Source: Pseudomonas sp.
GTDB taxonomy: Bacteria; Pseudomonadota; Gammaproteobacteria; Pseudomonadales; Pseudomonadaceae
Assembly: GCF_051660785.1 (NCBI RefSeq)
Contig: NZ_JBOFQE010000012.1
Coordinates: forward strand, 347 to 64,346
Reading direction: 5' to 3'
Length of the DNA stretch: 64,000 bases
The translations under genes and the position numbers were made by a program. The stretch's first letter is position 1; each line of letters starts with the position of its first letter. Positions 24,457 to 34,433 of the stretch are shown here, piece after piece. Below the pieces are notes generated by a model, which worked only from the letters and a program-made list of their open reading frames with translations, ran no database searches and was not told where the DNA came from.

Positions 24457-26436
24457 ATGGCCGGGCTAATTCCCCAGAGCTTCATTGACGACCTTCTGAA
24501 CCGCACCGACATCGTCGATGTGGTCAGCTCGCGCCTGCAAATGAAAAAGGCCGGGAAGAACTACACCGCCTGCTGCCCTTTTCATAAAGAGAAAACTCCG
24601 TCCTTCAGCGTCAGTCCGGACAAGCAGTTCTATTACTGCTTTGGCTGCGGCGCTGGTGGCAACGCTCTCGGCTTCATGATGGACCACGACAACCTGGATT
24701 TCGTCCAGGCTGTCGAAGAACTGGCCAAAGCCGCCGGCATGGAAATCCCCCGCGAAGAAAGCGGTCGTCCGCACAAACCGCGACAGCCGACCGATTCGCC
24801 GTTGTACCCGCTGCTGACTGCGGCTGCCGACTTTTACCGTCAAGCCCTGAAAAGTCATCCATCGCGCAAGGCCGCTGTGGATTACTTGAAAGGCCGCGGG
24901 CTGACCGGCGAAATCGCCCGGGACTTTGGCCTCGGTTTTGCCCCGCCCGGCTGGGATAACCTGTTCAAGCACCTCAGCAGCGACACCCTGCAGCAGAAAG
25001 CCATGGTCGATGCCGGCCTGCTGATCGAGAACGCCGAATCCGGCAAACGCTATGACCGCTTTCGCGATCGCGTGATGTTCCCGATCCGCGACAGCCGCGG
25101 GCGCATCATCGCTTTCGGCGGACGCGTGCTGGGCGATGACAAGCCCAAATATCTGAACTCGCCGGAAACCCCGGTATTCCATAAGGGCCAGGAACTCTAC
25201 GGCCTTTATGAAGCACGCAAGAACAACCGTAACCTCGACGAAATCATCGTCGTCGAAGGCTACATGGACGTGATCGCCCTTGCCCAGCAAGGGTTGCGCA
25301 ATGCCGTCGCGACCCTGGGCACCGCCACCAGCGAAGAGCATTTGAAGCGGCTGTTTCGCGTCGTGCCCAATGTGCTGTTCTGTTTCGACGGTGACCAGGC
25401 TGGACGCAACGCTGCATGGCGGGCACTGGAGGCCACCTTGCCTTGCCTGCAAGACGGACGGCGCGCGCGCTTTCTGTTCCTGCCCGAAGGAGAGGACCCG
25501 GACACGCTGGTCCGCTCTGAAGGCACTGACGCTTTCCGCGCACGAATCAACCAGCACGCGCAGCCGCTGGCGGATTATTTCTTTCAGCAGCTGACCGAGG
25601 AATCGGATCCGCGCTCCCTCGAAGGCAAGGCTCATATGGCCACCCTCGCCGCGCCGCTGATCGACAAGGTCCCGGGCGCAAACCTGCGCATCCTGATGCG
25701 TCAACGCTTGACCGAAATCACCGGCCTCAGCGGTGAAGCCGTGAGCCAGCTGGTGCAAAGCGCACCTCAGGATGCGCCACCGGCCTACGACCCGGGCATC
25801 GATTACGACGCCATGCCGGATTACAGCGACTACCATCAGCCGCAGGCACAAGAGATGTATGTGCCGCAGCAGGAATGGACGCCGAAGAAACCCGGTGCAG
25901 GCGGCAAGAAATGGGACAAGAAGCCGTGGGACAAGAACGGCAAACGCGGCGGTGATCGCGACCAACACAGCGCACCACGCACACCGATCGCTGTCGAAGC
26001 GCCAACTCTGATAGCGCTGCGCACGCTCATTCATCACCCGGAACTGGCAGGCAAGGTAGAAACCGCCGATCACTTCGCGAATGAGAGCAACACGTACGCG
26101 CAACTGCTGGTAGCCCTCATCGGGGCGGTGCAGAAAAATCCTAAGCTAAACTCTATTCAGTTGATGGCCCGTTGGCATGGGACTGAACAGGGTCGACTGC
26201 TCAAGGCTTTGGCGGAAAAGGAATGGCTGATTGACGGCGACAACCTTGAACAACAGTTTTTAGACACCATTACTAGGTTATCGGCAAGTCAGCACACGGA
26301 TAGCCTGGAAGTACTCATCAGGAAAGCAAGGCAGCCAGGATTGACTGCGGAGGAAGCAAATCAGATCGCAAATCAGATGCGCGACCTATTAAAACGCAAT
26401 ATGGCTGTATCAGACCCGACCTCAACTGGCGCGTGA
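24457..26436 (+). CDS. dnaG: DNA primase
   Basis: Zinc finger CPFH...CFGC; KYLNSPET; TOPRIM VEGYMDV and FDGDQAG. Confidence 0.97.
   Translation: MAGLIPQSFIDDLLNRTDIVDVVSSRLQMKKAGKNYTACCPFHKEKTPSFSVSPDKQFYYCFGCGAGGNALGFMMDHDNLDFVQAVEELAKAAGMEIPREESGRPHKPRQPTDSPLYPLLTAAADFYRQALKSHPSRKAAVDYLKGRGLTGEIARDFGLGFAPPGWDNLFKHLSSDTLQQKAMVDAGLLIENAESGKRYDRFRDRVMFPIRDSRGRIIAFGGRVLGDDKPKYLNSPETPVFHKGQELYGLYEARKNNRNLDEIIVVEGYMDVIALAQQGLRNAVATLGTATSEEHLKRLFRVVPNVLFCFDGDQAGRNAAWRALEATLPCLQDGRRARFLFLPEGEDPDTLVRSEGTDAFRARINQHAQPLADYFFQQLTEESDPRSLEGKAHMATLAAPLIDKVPGANLRILMRQRLTEITGLSGEAVSQLVQSAPQDAPPAYDPGIDYDAMPDYSDYHQPQAQEMYVPQQEWTPKKPGAGGKKWDKKPWDKNGKRGGDRDQHSAPRTPIAVEAPTLIALRTLIHHPELAGKVETADHFANESNTYAQLLVALIGAVQKNPKLNSIQLMARWHGTEQGRLLKALAEKEWLIDGDNLEQQFLDTITRLSASQHTDSLEVLIRKARQPGLTAEEANQIANQMRDLLKRNMAVSDPTSTGA
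26245..26272 (+). promoter_or_regulatory. Putative RpoH (sigma32) promoter for rpoD inside the dnaG 3' end
   Basis: CTTGAA-14 bp-CACCATTA against the consensus CTTGAA-N13-17-CCCCATnT; heat-shock promoters inside dnaG are known for rpoD. Confidence 0.6.
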
Positions 26437-26450
26437 GGTCATAGCTCAGG

Positions 26451-26456
26451 TATAAT
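26451..26456 (+). promoter_or_regulatory. Perfect -10 hexamer upstream of rpoD
   Basis: TATAAT about 48 bp before the rpoD ATG; the -35 is poor. Confidence 0.5.
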
Positions 26457-26503
26457 CCTCGGCTTGTTTTTTGCCCGCCAAGACCTTCAGTGGATAGGGT
26501 GTT

Positions 26504-28351
<1,848 letters not shown>

Positions 28352-28355
28352 TCAC

Positions 28356-28384
28356 AAAACCCCCGGCCCAGGCCGGGGGTTTTG
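28356..28384 (+). terminator. Intrinsic terminator after rpoD
   Basis: AAAACCCCCGGCC-CA-GGCCGGGGGTTTT. Confidence 0.85.
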
Positions 28385-28473
28385 CTTTCTACAGATAAAA
28401 TTCCCCGCACTTCCCTCCCGCCGAATTGCCCGTCTACACTCGAACCATTCCCCCGAGCCATAACGAGACCGTT

Positions 28474-31400
28474 ATGCCCAGACTGCCGACCGTGCTTTTT
28501 TTGCTGTCGCTGATGACCTGGACCGCAACGGCTGGCGCGCTGACTCTGACCGACGAAGAACGTAGCTGGCTTGCGGCTCACCCGGACTTGCGCCTGGGTG
28601 TCGATGCATCCTGGCCACCGTTCGAATTTCGTGATGACCAGGGCCGTTATCAGGGCCTGGCGGCGGACTATATCAACGTGATTCGCCAACGACTGGCCGT
28701 CAAGCTGACGCCCATCGAACCGGTCAGCTGGACCGAAGTCCTGCAGCAGGCCAAACAAGGCAAACTAGACATCCTGCCGGGCATCATGTCGACCCCGGAG
28801 CGCCAGTCGTACCTGTCGTTCACTCGCCCCTATCTGGATTTTCCGATTGTCATCCTCGCCCATGTCGGAGGCCCTCAGCCGCACAAACTCGAAGAGCTCT
28901 ACGGACTGAAAATCGCCGTGGTGGAAAACTATGCCCCCCATGAGTTGTTGCGCACGCACCACCCCGACCTGAATCTGGTGGCAATGCCCAATGTCAGCTC
29001 TGCCTTGCAGGCACTGGCCACCGATGAAGTGGACGCGGTCGTGGGCGATCTTGCCTCCAGCGTCTGGAGCTTGCGTCAGCTTAAGCTCGACGGCCTGTAC
29101 GTCAGCGGTGAAACGCCCTATCGCTACCAATTGGCGATGGCTGTGCCCCCCAACAACAAGATCCTGGTCGGCATCCTGGACAAAGTCCTCGCTGACATGA
29201 CCTCAAGCGAAATCAACGCCATCCAGGAACAGTGGGTCGGCAATGTCCTGGATCATCGAACCTTTTGGTCGGATCTGCTGGTTTACGGCCTGCCCGGGCT
29301 GCTGTTTCTGATGATCATGCTGGCAGTGGTCATCCGGATTAACCGCCGTTTGAGTTCGGAAATTGCCCGGCGGGTCGATCTGGAGCAAGAACTACGCAGC
29401 AGCGAATACCATTACCGCGGGCTGGTAGAGAGCCTTTCCGCGATTGCCTGGGAAGCGCGGATCAGCGATTTCACTTACAGCTATGTGTCGCCACATGCCG
29501 AAGAACTCCTCGGCTATCCCCTGTCCCACTGGCTGATTCCGGGCTTCTGGCGCAACATCATCCACCCGGCGGACCTGACCCGGGCCCAGACATTCTGTGA
29601 TCACGAAGTGCTGGCCGGGCGCGATCACAGCATCGATTATCGGGTCATCACCGCCGACGGCCGCTGTTTGTGGGTGCGCGATATCGTCAGCCTGATCGAG
29701 CACGGTCATGAGCCGGTGATGCGCGGCTTGATGATCGACATCAGCGACGCCAAACGCACCGAGGAGGCCCTGAGCCTTTCCGAGCAAAAGTTCGCCTCCG
29801 TGTTCCAGCAATGCCCGGACATTCTGGTGATCGCACGTCTTTCCGACGGCTGCCTGCTCGAAGTCAACAAAGCGTTCGAAGAACAGATTGGCCTCAAGGC
29901 CGAAGACGTCATTGGCCAGACCGCCACCGACCTGAACATCTGGGGTATCCCCGGTGTGGGTCCGGGTTTGCTGCAGCGCCTGCAGGCCGGCAGCATCCGC
30001 AACCTGGAGATGCCCTTTCGCCGCAACAACGGTCAAGTGTTTACCGGGCTGATTTCCGCCGAGCCCTTCGACCTCGATACGACTCCTGCCCTGGTTGTCG
30101 TGGTACGCGATATCAGTCAGCTGAAAGAAACCCAGCAACAACTGCAAACCTCGGAAGAAAAATTCGCCAAGGCCTTCCACGCTTCCCCGGACGGTCTGCT
30201 GCTGTCCCGACAGAGCGACGGGCTGCTGCTGGAGGTCAATGAAGGCTTCAGCCGCATCACGGGCTTTAACAGCGCGATGTCCGTGGACCGTTCGGCCCTG
30301 GAACTGGGGATATGGGTCAATCTCAACGAACGCAAGCAGATGCTCGATTTGCTGCACCGGGACGGCTTTGTTCGTGACTTCAGCTGCCATATCCGCCGCA
30401 GTGACGGGCAGATCCGCCTCTGCGAGGTCTCAAGCCGTCCGCTGCCCATCGGTGATGAGGACTGCATGCTGACCATTGCCCGAGACATCACCGAACGGCA
30501 CCTGATGCAGGAGAAACTGCAACAGGCCGCCACGGTGTTCGAGAGCACCGCCGAGGGCGTGCTGATCACCGACACCCAACAACACATCAGCGCGGTCAAC
30601 CGGGCTTTCACCGAGATCACCGGCTACAGCGAGAACGAGGCATTGGGCCACACTCCTCGCCTGCTCGCCTCGGGCCTGCACGACAGTGCGTTCTACGCGG
30701 CGATGTGGCACCAATTGACGGACGAAGGGCACTGGCAAGGCGAGATTTCCAACCGGCGCAAGAATGGCGAACTCTATCCGAGCTGGCTGACCATCAGCGC
30801 CGTGCGTAACCGGGAGAAGTTCATCACCCACTTCGTCGCGGTGTTCGCGGACATTTCCAGCCTCAAGCACGCGCAGGCCAAACTCGACTATCAGGCGCAC
30901 CACGATCCGCTGACCGGCCTGCCAAACCGCACGCTGTTCGAGAGCCGTTTGCAGACCGCACTCAACACCCAACAGGAGAACGGCGGCCAGGGCGCGGTGC
31001 TGTTCCTCGACCTGGACCGCTTCAAACACATCAACGACAGCCTTGGCCACCCGGTGGGCGACCTGCTGCTCAAAGGCATCGCCGTGCGCCTCAAAGAGCA
31101 ACTGCGCGATATAGATACCGTCGCGCGCCTTGGCGGTGACGAATTCATCATCCTGCTGCCCGGCCTGCAACAATCCAGCGATGCCGACAACATTGCCACC
31201 AAGCTGCTCAATTGCTTCGCCGCCCCTTTCCAGGCCGGCGAGCACGAGTTTTTCATCAGCGCCAGCATCGGCACCAGCCTGTATCCCAAGGACGGTTGCG
31301 ACGTCGCCACGCTGGTCAAGAACGCCGATGCCGCGATGTATCGCTCCAAGGCCAAGGGCCGCAACCGGGTGGAAAGCTACACCCGCGACCTCACGGCCCA

Positions 31401-32220
31401 GGCCAGCGAGCGCGTGGCGCTGGAACATGAATTACGACGCGCCATCGAGCGCAATGAGCTATTTCTCTATTACCAACCGAAAATCAGCCTCGCCGACCAT
31501 CGACTGGTCGGTGCCGAAGCGCTCATTCGCTGGCATCACCCGACCTTCGGTGCAGTGCCGCCGGAACACTTCATTCCCCTGGCCGAAGAAAACGGCATGA
31601 TCCTGCAAATCGGCGACTGGGTGCTCGAGACAGCCTGCCGGCAGATGTACGAGTGGAATCAGGTCTATGAGTGCCTCGGCCCACTGTCGGTCAACCTCGC
31701 GGGCGCTCAACTGCGCCAGCCAAACCTGCTCGGGCGAATCGAACAACTGCTAAAGGATAACGGCCTGGCGCCCGGTTTTCTGCAACTGGAGATTACCGAA
31801 AACTTCATCATGAGCCAGGCCGAAGAAGCGCTGGCCGTGCTGCACCAACTCAAAAACCTGGGCGTGCAATTGGCGATCGACGACTTCGGTACGGGCTACT
31901 CATCCCTGAGCTACCTCAAGCGTCTGCCGCTGGACATCCTCAAGATCGACCAGTCCTTCGTCCGCGGCCTGCCTGACGATCCCCACGATGCGGCCATCGT
32001 TCGCGCCATCATCGCCTTGGGTCGCAGCATGCAATTCACCATCATTGCAGAGGGCGTCGAGACCGTGGCGCAGCAACAATTCCTTGCCGAAGAAGGCTGC
32101 GAACAGATCCAGGGCTACATCGTCAGCCTGCCTCTTCCCCCCGACGAATTCGCCGCGACGTTTCTTCGTATTGCCGTATCGGATTTTTCGGATAGCACAG
32201 CCGAGAAACCATCGTTATAA
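28474..32220 (+). CDS. SBP-TM-4xPAS-GGDEF-EAL c-di-GMP enzyme (RmcA/PA0575-like)
   Basis: Periplasmic SBP domain, four PAS domains, RDID I-site plus LGGDEF, EALIRW and DDFGTGYSSL; start trimmed to ATG 28474. Confidence 0.9.
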   Translation: MPRLPTVLFLLSLMTWTATAGALTLTDEERSWLAAHPDLRLGVDASWPPFEFRDDQGRYQGLAADYINVIRQRLAVKLTPIEPVSWTEVLQQAKQGKLDILPGIMSTPERQSYLSFTRPYLDFPIVILAHVGGPQPHKLEELYGLKIAVVENYAPHELLRTHHPDLNLVAMPNVSSALQALATDEVDAVVGDLASSVWSLRQLKLDGLYVSGETPYRYQLAMAVPPNNKILVGILDKVLADMTSSEINAIQEQWVGNVLDHRTFWSDLLVYGLPGLLFLMIMLAVVIRINRRLSSEIARRVDLEQELRSSEYHYRGLVESLSAIAWEARISDFTYSYVSPHAEELLGYPLSHWLIPGFWRNIIHPADLTRAQTFCDHEVLAGRDHSIDYRVITADGRCLWVRDIVSLIEHGHEPVMRGLMIDISDAKRTEEALSLSEQKFASVFQQCPDILVIARLSDGCLLEVNKAFEEQIGLKAEDVIGQTATDLNIWGIPGVGPGLLQRLQAGSIRNLEMPFRRNNGQVFTGLISAEPFDLDTTPALVVVVRDISQLKETQQQLQTSEEKFAKAFHASPDGLLLSRQSDGLLLEVNEGFSRITGFNSAMSVDRSALELGIWVNLNERKQMLDLLHRDGFVRDFSCHIRRSDGQIRLCEVSSRPLPIGDEDCMLTIARDITERHLMQEKLQQAATVFESTAEGVLITDTQQHISAVNRAFTEITGYSENEALGHTPRLLASGLHDSAFYAAMWHQLTDEGHWQGEISNRRKNGELYPSWLTISAVRNREKFITHFVAVFADISSLKHAQAKLDYQAHHDPLTGLPNRTLFESRLQTALNTQQENGGQGAVLFLDLDRFKHINDSLGHPVGDLLLKGIAVRLKEQLRDIDTVARLGGDEFIILLPGLQQSSDADNIATKLLNCFAAPFQAGEHEFFISASIGTSLYPKDGCDVATLVKNADAAMYRSKAKGRNRVESYTRDLTAQASERVALEHELRRAIERNELFLYYQPKISLADHRLVGAEALIRWHHPTFGAVPPEHFIPLAEENGMILQIGDWVLETACRQMYEWNQVYECLGPLSVNLAGAQLRQPNLLGRIEQLLKDNGLAPGFLQLEITENFIMSQAEEALAVLHQLKNLGVQLAIDDFGTGYSSLSYLKRLPLDILKIDQSFVRGLPDDPHDAAIVRAIIALGRSMQFTIIAEGVETVAQQQFLAEEGCEQIQGYIVSLPLPPDEFAATFLRIAVSDFSDSTAEKPSL

Positions 32221-32229
32221 TCCGCGGCC
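32216..32229 (+). promoter_or_regulatory. tRNA promoter -10 with a GC-rich (stringent) discriminator
   Basis: TATAAT-CCGCGGCC, overlapping the upstream stop codon, 14 bp before the tRNA. Confidence 0.65.
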
Positions 32230-32235
32230 TACTGA

Positions 32236-32312
32236 GGGCCTATAGCTCAGTTGGTTAGAGCAGAGGACTCATAATCCTTTGGTCCACGGTTCAAATCCGT
32301 GTGGGCCCACCA
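32236..32312 (+). tRNA. tRNA with CAU anticodon, most likely tRNA-Ile2 (lysidine-modified)
   Basis: 77 nt. Acceptor stem GGGCCTA/TGGGCCC, anticodon loop CTCATAA, GGTTCAAATCC T-arm, encoded CCA. It lacks initiator hallmarks and sits near rpoD, like E. coli ileX. Confidence 0.93.
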
Positions 32313-32318
32313 AACAAG

Positions 32319-32347
32319 AAAGCCGCGCTGATGCGCGGCTTTCTTTT
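32319..32347 (+). terminator. tRNA terminator
   Basis: AAAGCCGCGC-TGAT-GCGCGGCTTT followed by CTTTT. Confidence 0.85.
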
Positions 32348-32377
32348 GATTTAACGAATCACGTAAATAGTGCTATC

Positions 32378-32503
32378 GAAGCGACTGACCGGATGAGATG
32401 GAGCGCTTCCCAGCGGCGAAAGCCGTAACCGCGCAAGGCGGTTCGCAAGTGGTGTCCGGATCTGCTTTAGCAAATCGAAGAAGACGCCTAGGGCGTCTTT
32501 TTT
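32378..32503 (+). ncRNA. Candidate structured small RNA of unknown family with its own terminator
   Basis: Stems GAAGCG/CGCTTC, CCGGAT/GTCCGG, GCGGC-GAAA-GCCGT and AACCGC-GCAAG-GCGGTT, then terminator AAGACGCC-TAG-GGCGTCTT-TTTT. Confidence 0.4.
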
Positions 32504-32530
32504 CGTTTCTGGCCTAGCAATACAGTCCTG

Positions 32531-32606
32531 CTCATCATCCTTTGGTCCACGATTCCTCGGTGTGTACCCATCAAACACGAAAGCCGCGCAAATGCGCGGC
32601 TTTTTT
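32531..32606 (+). repeat. Degenerate direct repeat of the tRNA 3' half plus terminator (att-like)
   Basis: CTCATCATCCTTTGGTCCACGATTC...CCATCAAACACGAAAGCCGCGCAAATGCGCGGCTTT versus tRNA CTCATAATCCTTTGGTCCACGGTTC...CCACCAAACAAGAAAGCCGCGCTGATGCGCGGCTTT; the similarity starts at the anticodon loop. Confidence 0.85.
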
Positions 32607-32632
32607 CTGAGACTAACGTTCGGGCTAAGAGA

Positions 32633-32818
32633 TCAGACCAGCCGAACCACCAAGGCAACAGCAACAAAGGTCACGAGCGCCAGTGCGGCACCGAGTCCAA
32701 ACGGCAGTAGGATTGCTCGGGTCGCGGTGGGGGACGGGCTACGCATGTCTTCGGCCAAGGCAGCCACGTCACGGTGTAACTGTTCAATGCTGGCTTGAAT
32801 CGTGGGAGGTGTGGACAT
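32633..32818 (-). CDS. 61-aa coiled-coil + C-terminal TM microprotein
   Basis: AGGAAG RBS 8 nt before ATG 32818; IEQLHRDVAALAEDM heptad followed by hydrophobic ILLPFGLGAALALVTFVAVALVV. Confidence 0.6.
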   Translation of the reverse strand: MSTPPTIQASIEQLHRDVAALAEDMRSPSPTATRAILLPFGLGAALALVTFVAVALVVRLV

Positions 32819-32943
32819 ACTGCGTCTTCCTGCAGGGATCACGGGTCACGCCTAATGCGCTAACCCTTGTTAGATAAGGTGGGCTGCTAAGCGGTAAAAC
32901 TCAAGCACCTCCGATCATTGGTCGCTTCCGTATGTTAGGGATT

Positions 32944-33138
32944 TTAAAGCTTGGACCACAGTCCGACGGCGGCGACAACGGCGGTCACGAGACCGGCGCC
33001 CACTGCAAACGGATACCAAAAAGCCTCCTGCCTGAGTTTGCTTTCTTCGGCCATAAACTTGCGGGTCTCGGCCATGAATTTCCGGATTTCGACTTGAAGC
33101 CTATCGAGCTCCAGATTATCGCGGTCATTTTGTAGCAT
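32944..33138 (-). CDS. 64-aa coiled-coil + C-terminal TM microprotein
   Basis: AGGAT RBS; heptad repeat RKFMAET-RKFMAEE followed by FWYPFAVGAGLVTAVVAAVGLW. Confidence 0.65.
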   Translation of the reverse strand: MLQNDRDNLELDRLQVEIRKFMAETRKFMAEESKLRQEAFWYPFAVGAGLVTAVVAAVGLWSKL

Positions 33139-33320
33139 CAGTCATCCTGTCGGGGCTCGGGTCGCGTCCAGTGCGCTACTCCGCGGCGGGAAATGCGTTT
33201 TTTCCTGTCTGCCGTCTAGGTTACATTTTGCGCTGACGGCAGATTATCGGATGACGTCTGCCAAGGTTGTAGGCAAACTCCGAGAATTGCGTAGCGGATG
33301 CGTTTGGGCACTTTTCCGCC

Positions 33321-33348
33321 TTGTTGGCGTTCTCTTCGACGGGATACT
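33321..33348 (+). promoter_or_regulatory. Putative sigma70 promoter for the C4/DUF3077 transcript
   Basis: TTGTTG-16 bp-GATACT upstream of the a1/b1 sites. Confidence 0.35.
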
Positions 33349-33458
33349 CTCCGGACGTCGCTGCAAATGTAGCGATCGGGTGTGGTAACCCGGCTAGACA
33401 AAGTGCAGCAGTGCTCCCATCACGGTTTCATGTGTTTTTACGCCTGTAATCCTGAGTT

Positions 33459-33540
33459 ATGGCGGCTGTGCGTGGGAGACCTTCGGGTCTGCCGGTTTCT
33501 TTGCTCTCCCGGTTTACCACCCTGCGTACAGCTGCCACCC
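33459..33540 (+). ncRNA. C4-type antisense RNA (P1 c4 / P4 CI family)
   Basis: Cloverleaf: outer stem GGCGGCTGTGCGTGGG / CCCTGCGTACAGCTGCC, hairpin AGACC-TTCG-GGTCT, hairpin GCCGG-loop-CCGGT. The single-stranded TTACCAC and TTTGCTC have complementary sites both upstream and downstream. Confidence 0.8.
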
Positions 33541-33578
33541 ATTCGTGTGGTAACGAATGCGGCAGCTCCTCGTTTTAA
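33459..33578 (+). CDS. Possible 39-aa ash-like upstream ORF overlapping the C4 RNA
   Basis: MAAVRGRPSGLPVSLLSRFTTLRTAATHSCGNECGSSSF*; its TAA is fused to the SD (TAAGGAG) of the next gene; weak RBS of its own. Confidence 0.3.
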   Translation: MAAVRGRPSGLPVSLLSRFTTLRTAATHSCGNECGSSSF

Positions 33579-33589
33579 GGAGCGAAACA

Positions 33590-33898
33590 ATGAGCAAAAC
33601 CAATTCCTCTGCACCGTCAGACCTGAAAACCATCGGTTTCACCCCACTCATCTACTGCTCGGATCAGGCGTTGTTCAACGTCCGCGCCGGCGTCCCCATC
33701 GTTGATGCATTGTCACAAGCCTCCGATCTGTTGTTCCTCGCAAAATCATTTGCCGAGGACGCAGCCTGCGCAAGAGACACCGACCGCCACGCCTGGGCCG
33801 CGCACTATCTGACGGCGATGGGTAAGGCGGTGATTGATGATGTGGTGAAGGTGCTGACACCGAGACCGCCTCGGACCGCAACGGAGTCTGAAGAATAG
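33590..33898 (+). CDS. DUF3077-like small protein
   Basis: AAGGAG RBS, ATG 33590. The sequence KTIGFTP..CSDQALFNVRAGVP..DAL..ASDLL..AK...AWAAHYL...KAVIDD matches the Pseudomonas DUF3077 pattern from memory. Confidence 0.7.
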   Translation: MSKTNSSAPSDLKTIGFTPLIYCSDQALFNVRAGVPIVDALSQASDLLFLAKSFAEDAACARDTDRHAWAAHYLTAMGKAVIDDVVKVLTPRPPRTATESEE

Positions 33899-33973
33899 CG
33901 ACGAACTATCCCCAAGTAGGCGCCTCGATTTTCTGGAGTCTTTAAATCACGACTGGGATAGCAGCTAGAAAGC

Positions 33974-34007
33974 AAAAAGCCCCGATGCTTTCGTATCAGG
34001 GCTTTTT
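33974..34007. terminator. Bidirectional terminator between convergent DUF3077 and DUF2188 genes
   Basis: AAAAAGCCCCGAT-GCTTTCGT-ATCAGGGCTTTTT. Confidence 0.75.
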
Positions 34008-34087
34008 GTAAATCTGAGTGTTGGCATTTCTATAAAAGCAAAACACAACACCGCCCGCCGCTCTCTCTCACTTGGCGGTCTGTCGAA

Positions 34088-34324
34088 TTAGTGTTTTTTG
34101 TCTTTCGGTGACGACGGATCATTGCCATAGCTATCGCTATCTCGAATTGTTCCGTCCTTTTTGTGAATAACGACTTCAACATGATCGCGCTTTGCTTGTT
34201 CCCGGGCACGATCGATCGCTTGCTGTTGGGTGTCGGTAACAACTCCTGCGCGCCCCGCTCCCTCCTTCTTTGTAGCCCAACCGTCCGGATGCGGAACAAC
34301 ATGAATATCTTTCTTGTCGCCCAT
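34088..34324 (-). CDS. DUF2188-family small protein
   Basis: IHVVPHPDGWATKKEGAGRA...TQQQAIDRAREQAK...VVIHKKDGTIRDSDSYGNDP is the family-typical pattern; GGAG RBS. Confidence 0.85.
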   Translation of the reverse strand: MGDKKDIHVVPHPDGWATKKEGAGRAGVVTDTQQQAIDRAREQAKRDHVEVVIHKKDGTIRDSDSYGNDPSSPKDKKH

Positions 34325-34433
34325 GTAAATTTTGCTCCATAAAGGTTTTCAGATACGTAGCGATGATGTCGCAGATGAAATGTAGTCAAGATCTCGGAAA
34401 CCGTTTTCTCGCTACCTCTCAACTACTCACTGT

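Noticed and set aside
32345-32410. Pistol-ribozyme-like words (TAAATAG ... AAGCG) downstream of the tRNA
   Set aside because: The required P1 hairpin with a pseudoknotting loop, the conserved A-G before the pseudoknot strand, the spacing and the G-U cleavage site are not present
32378-32460. HDV-like (theta) ribozyme interpretation of the crossing stems next to a tRNA
   Set aside because: Only 9 purine-rich nt lie where P3/L3 should be, and there is no GG for P1.1; the minus strand also fails to give P1
32351-32578. 75-aa minus-strand ORF across the structured element and second repeat
   Set aside because: It starts inside the decayed tRNA copy and crosses a terminator and several hairpins; no RBS
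33990-34030. Minus-strand TGCCA followed by a terminator, as a possible remnant of another tRNA att site
   Set aside because: The match is too short to distinguish from chance
34030-34422. 130-aa minus-strand ORF overlapping DUF2188
   Set aside because: It is an alternative frame over a clearly recognisable gene with a better RBS
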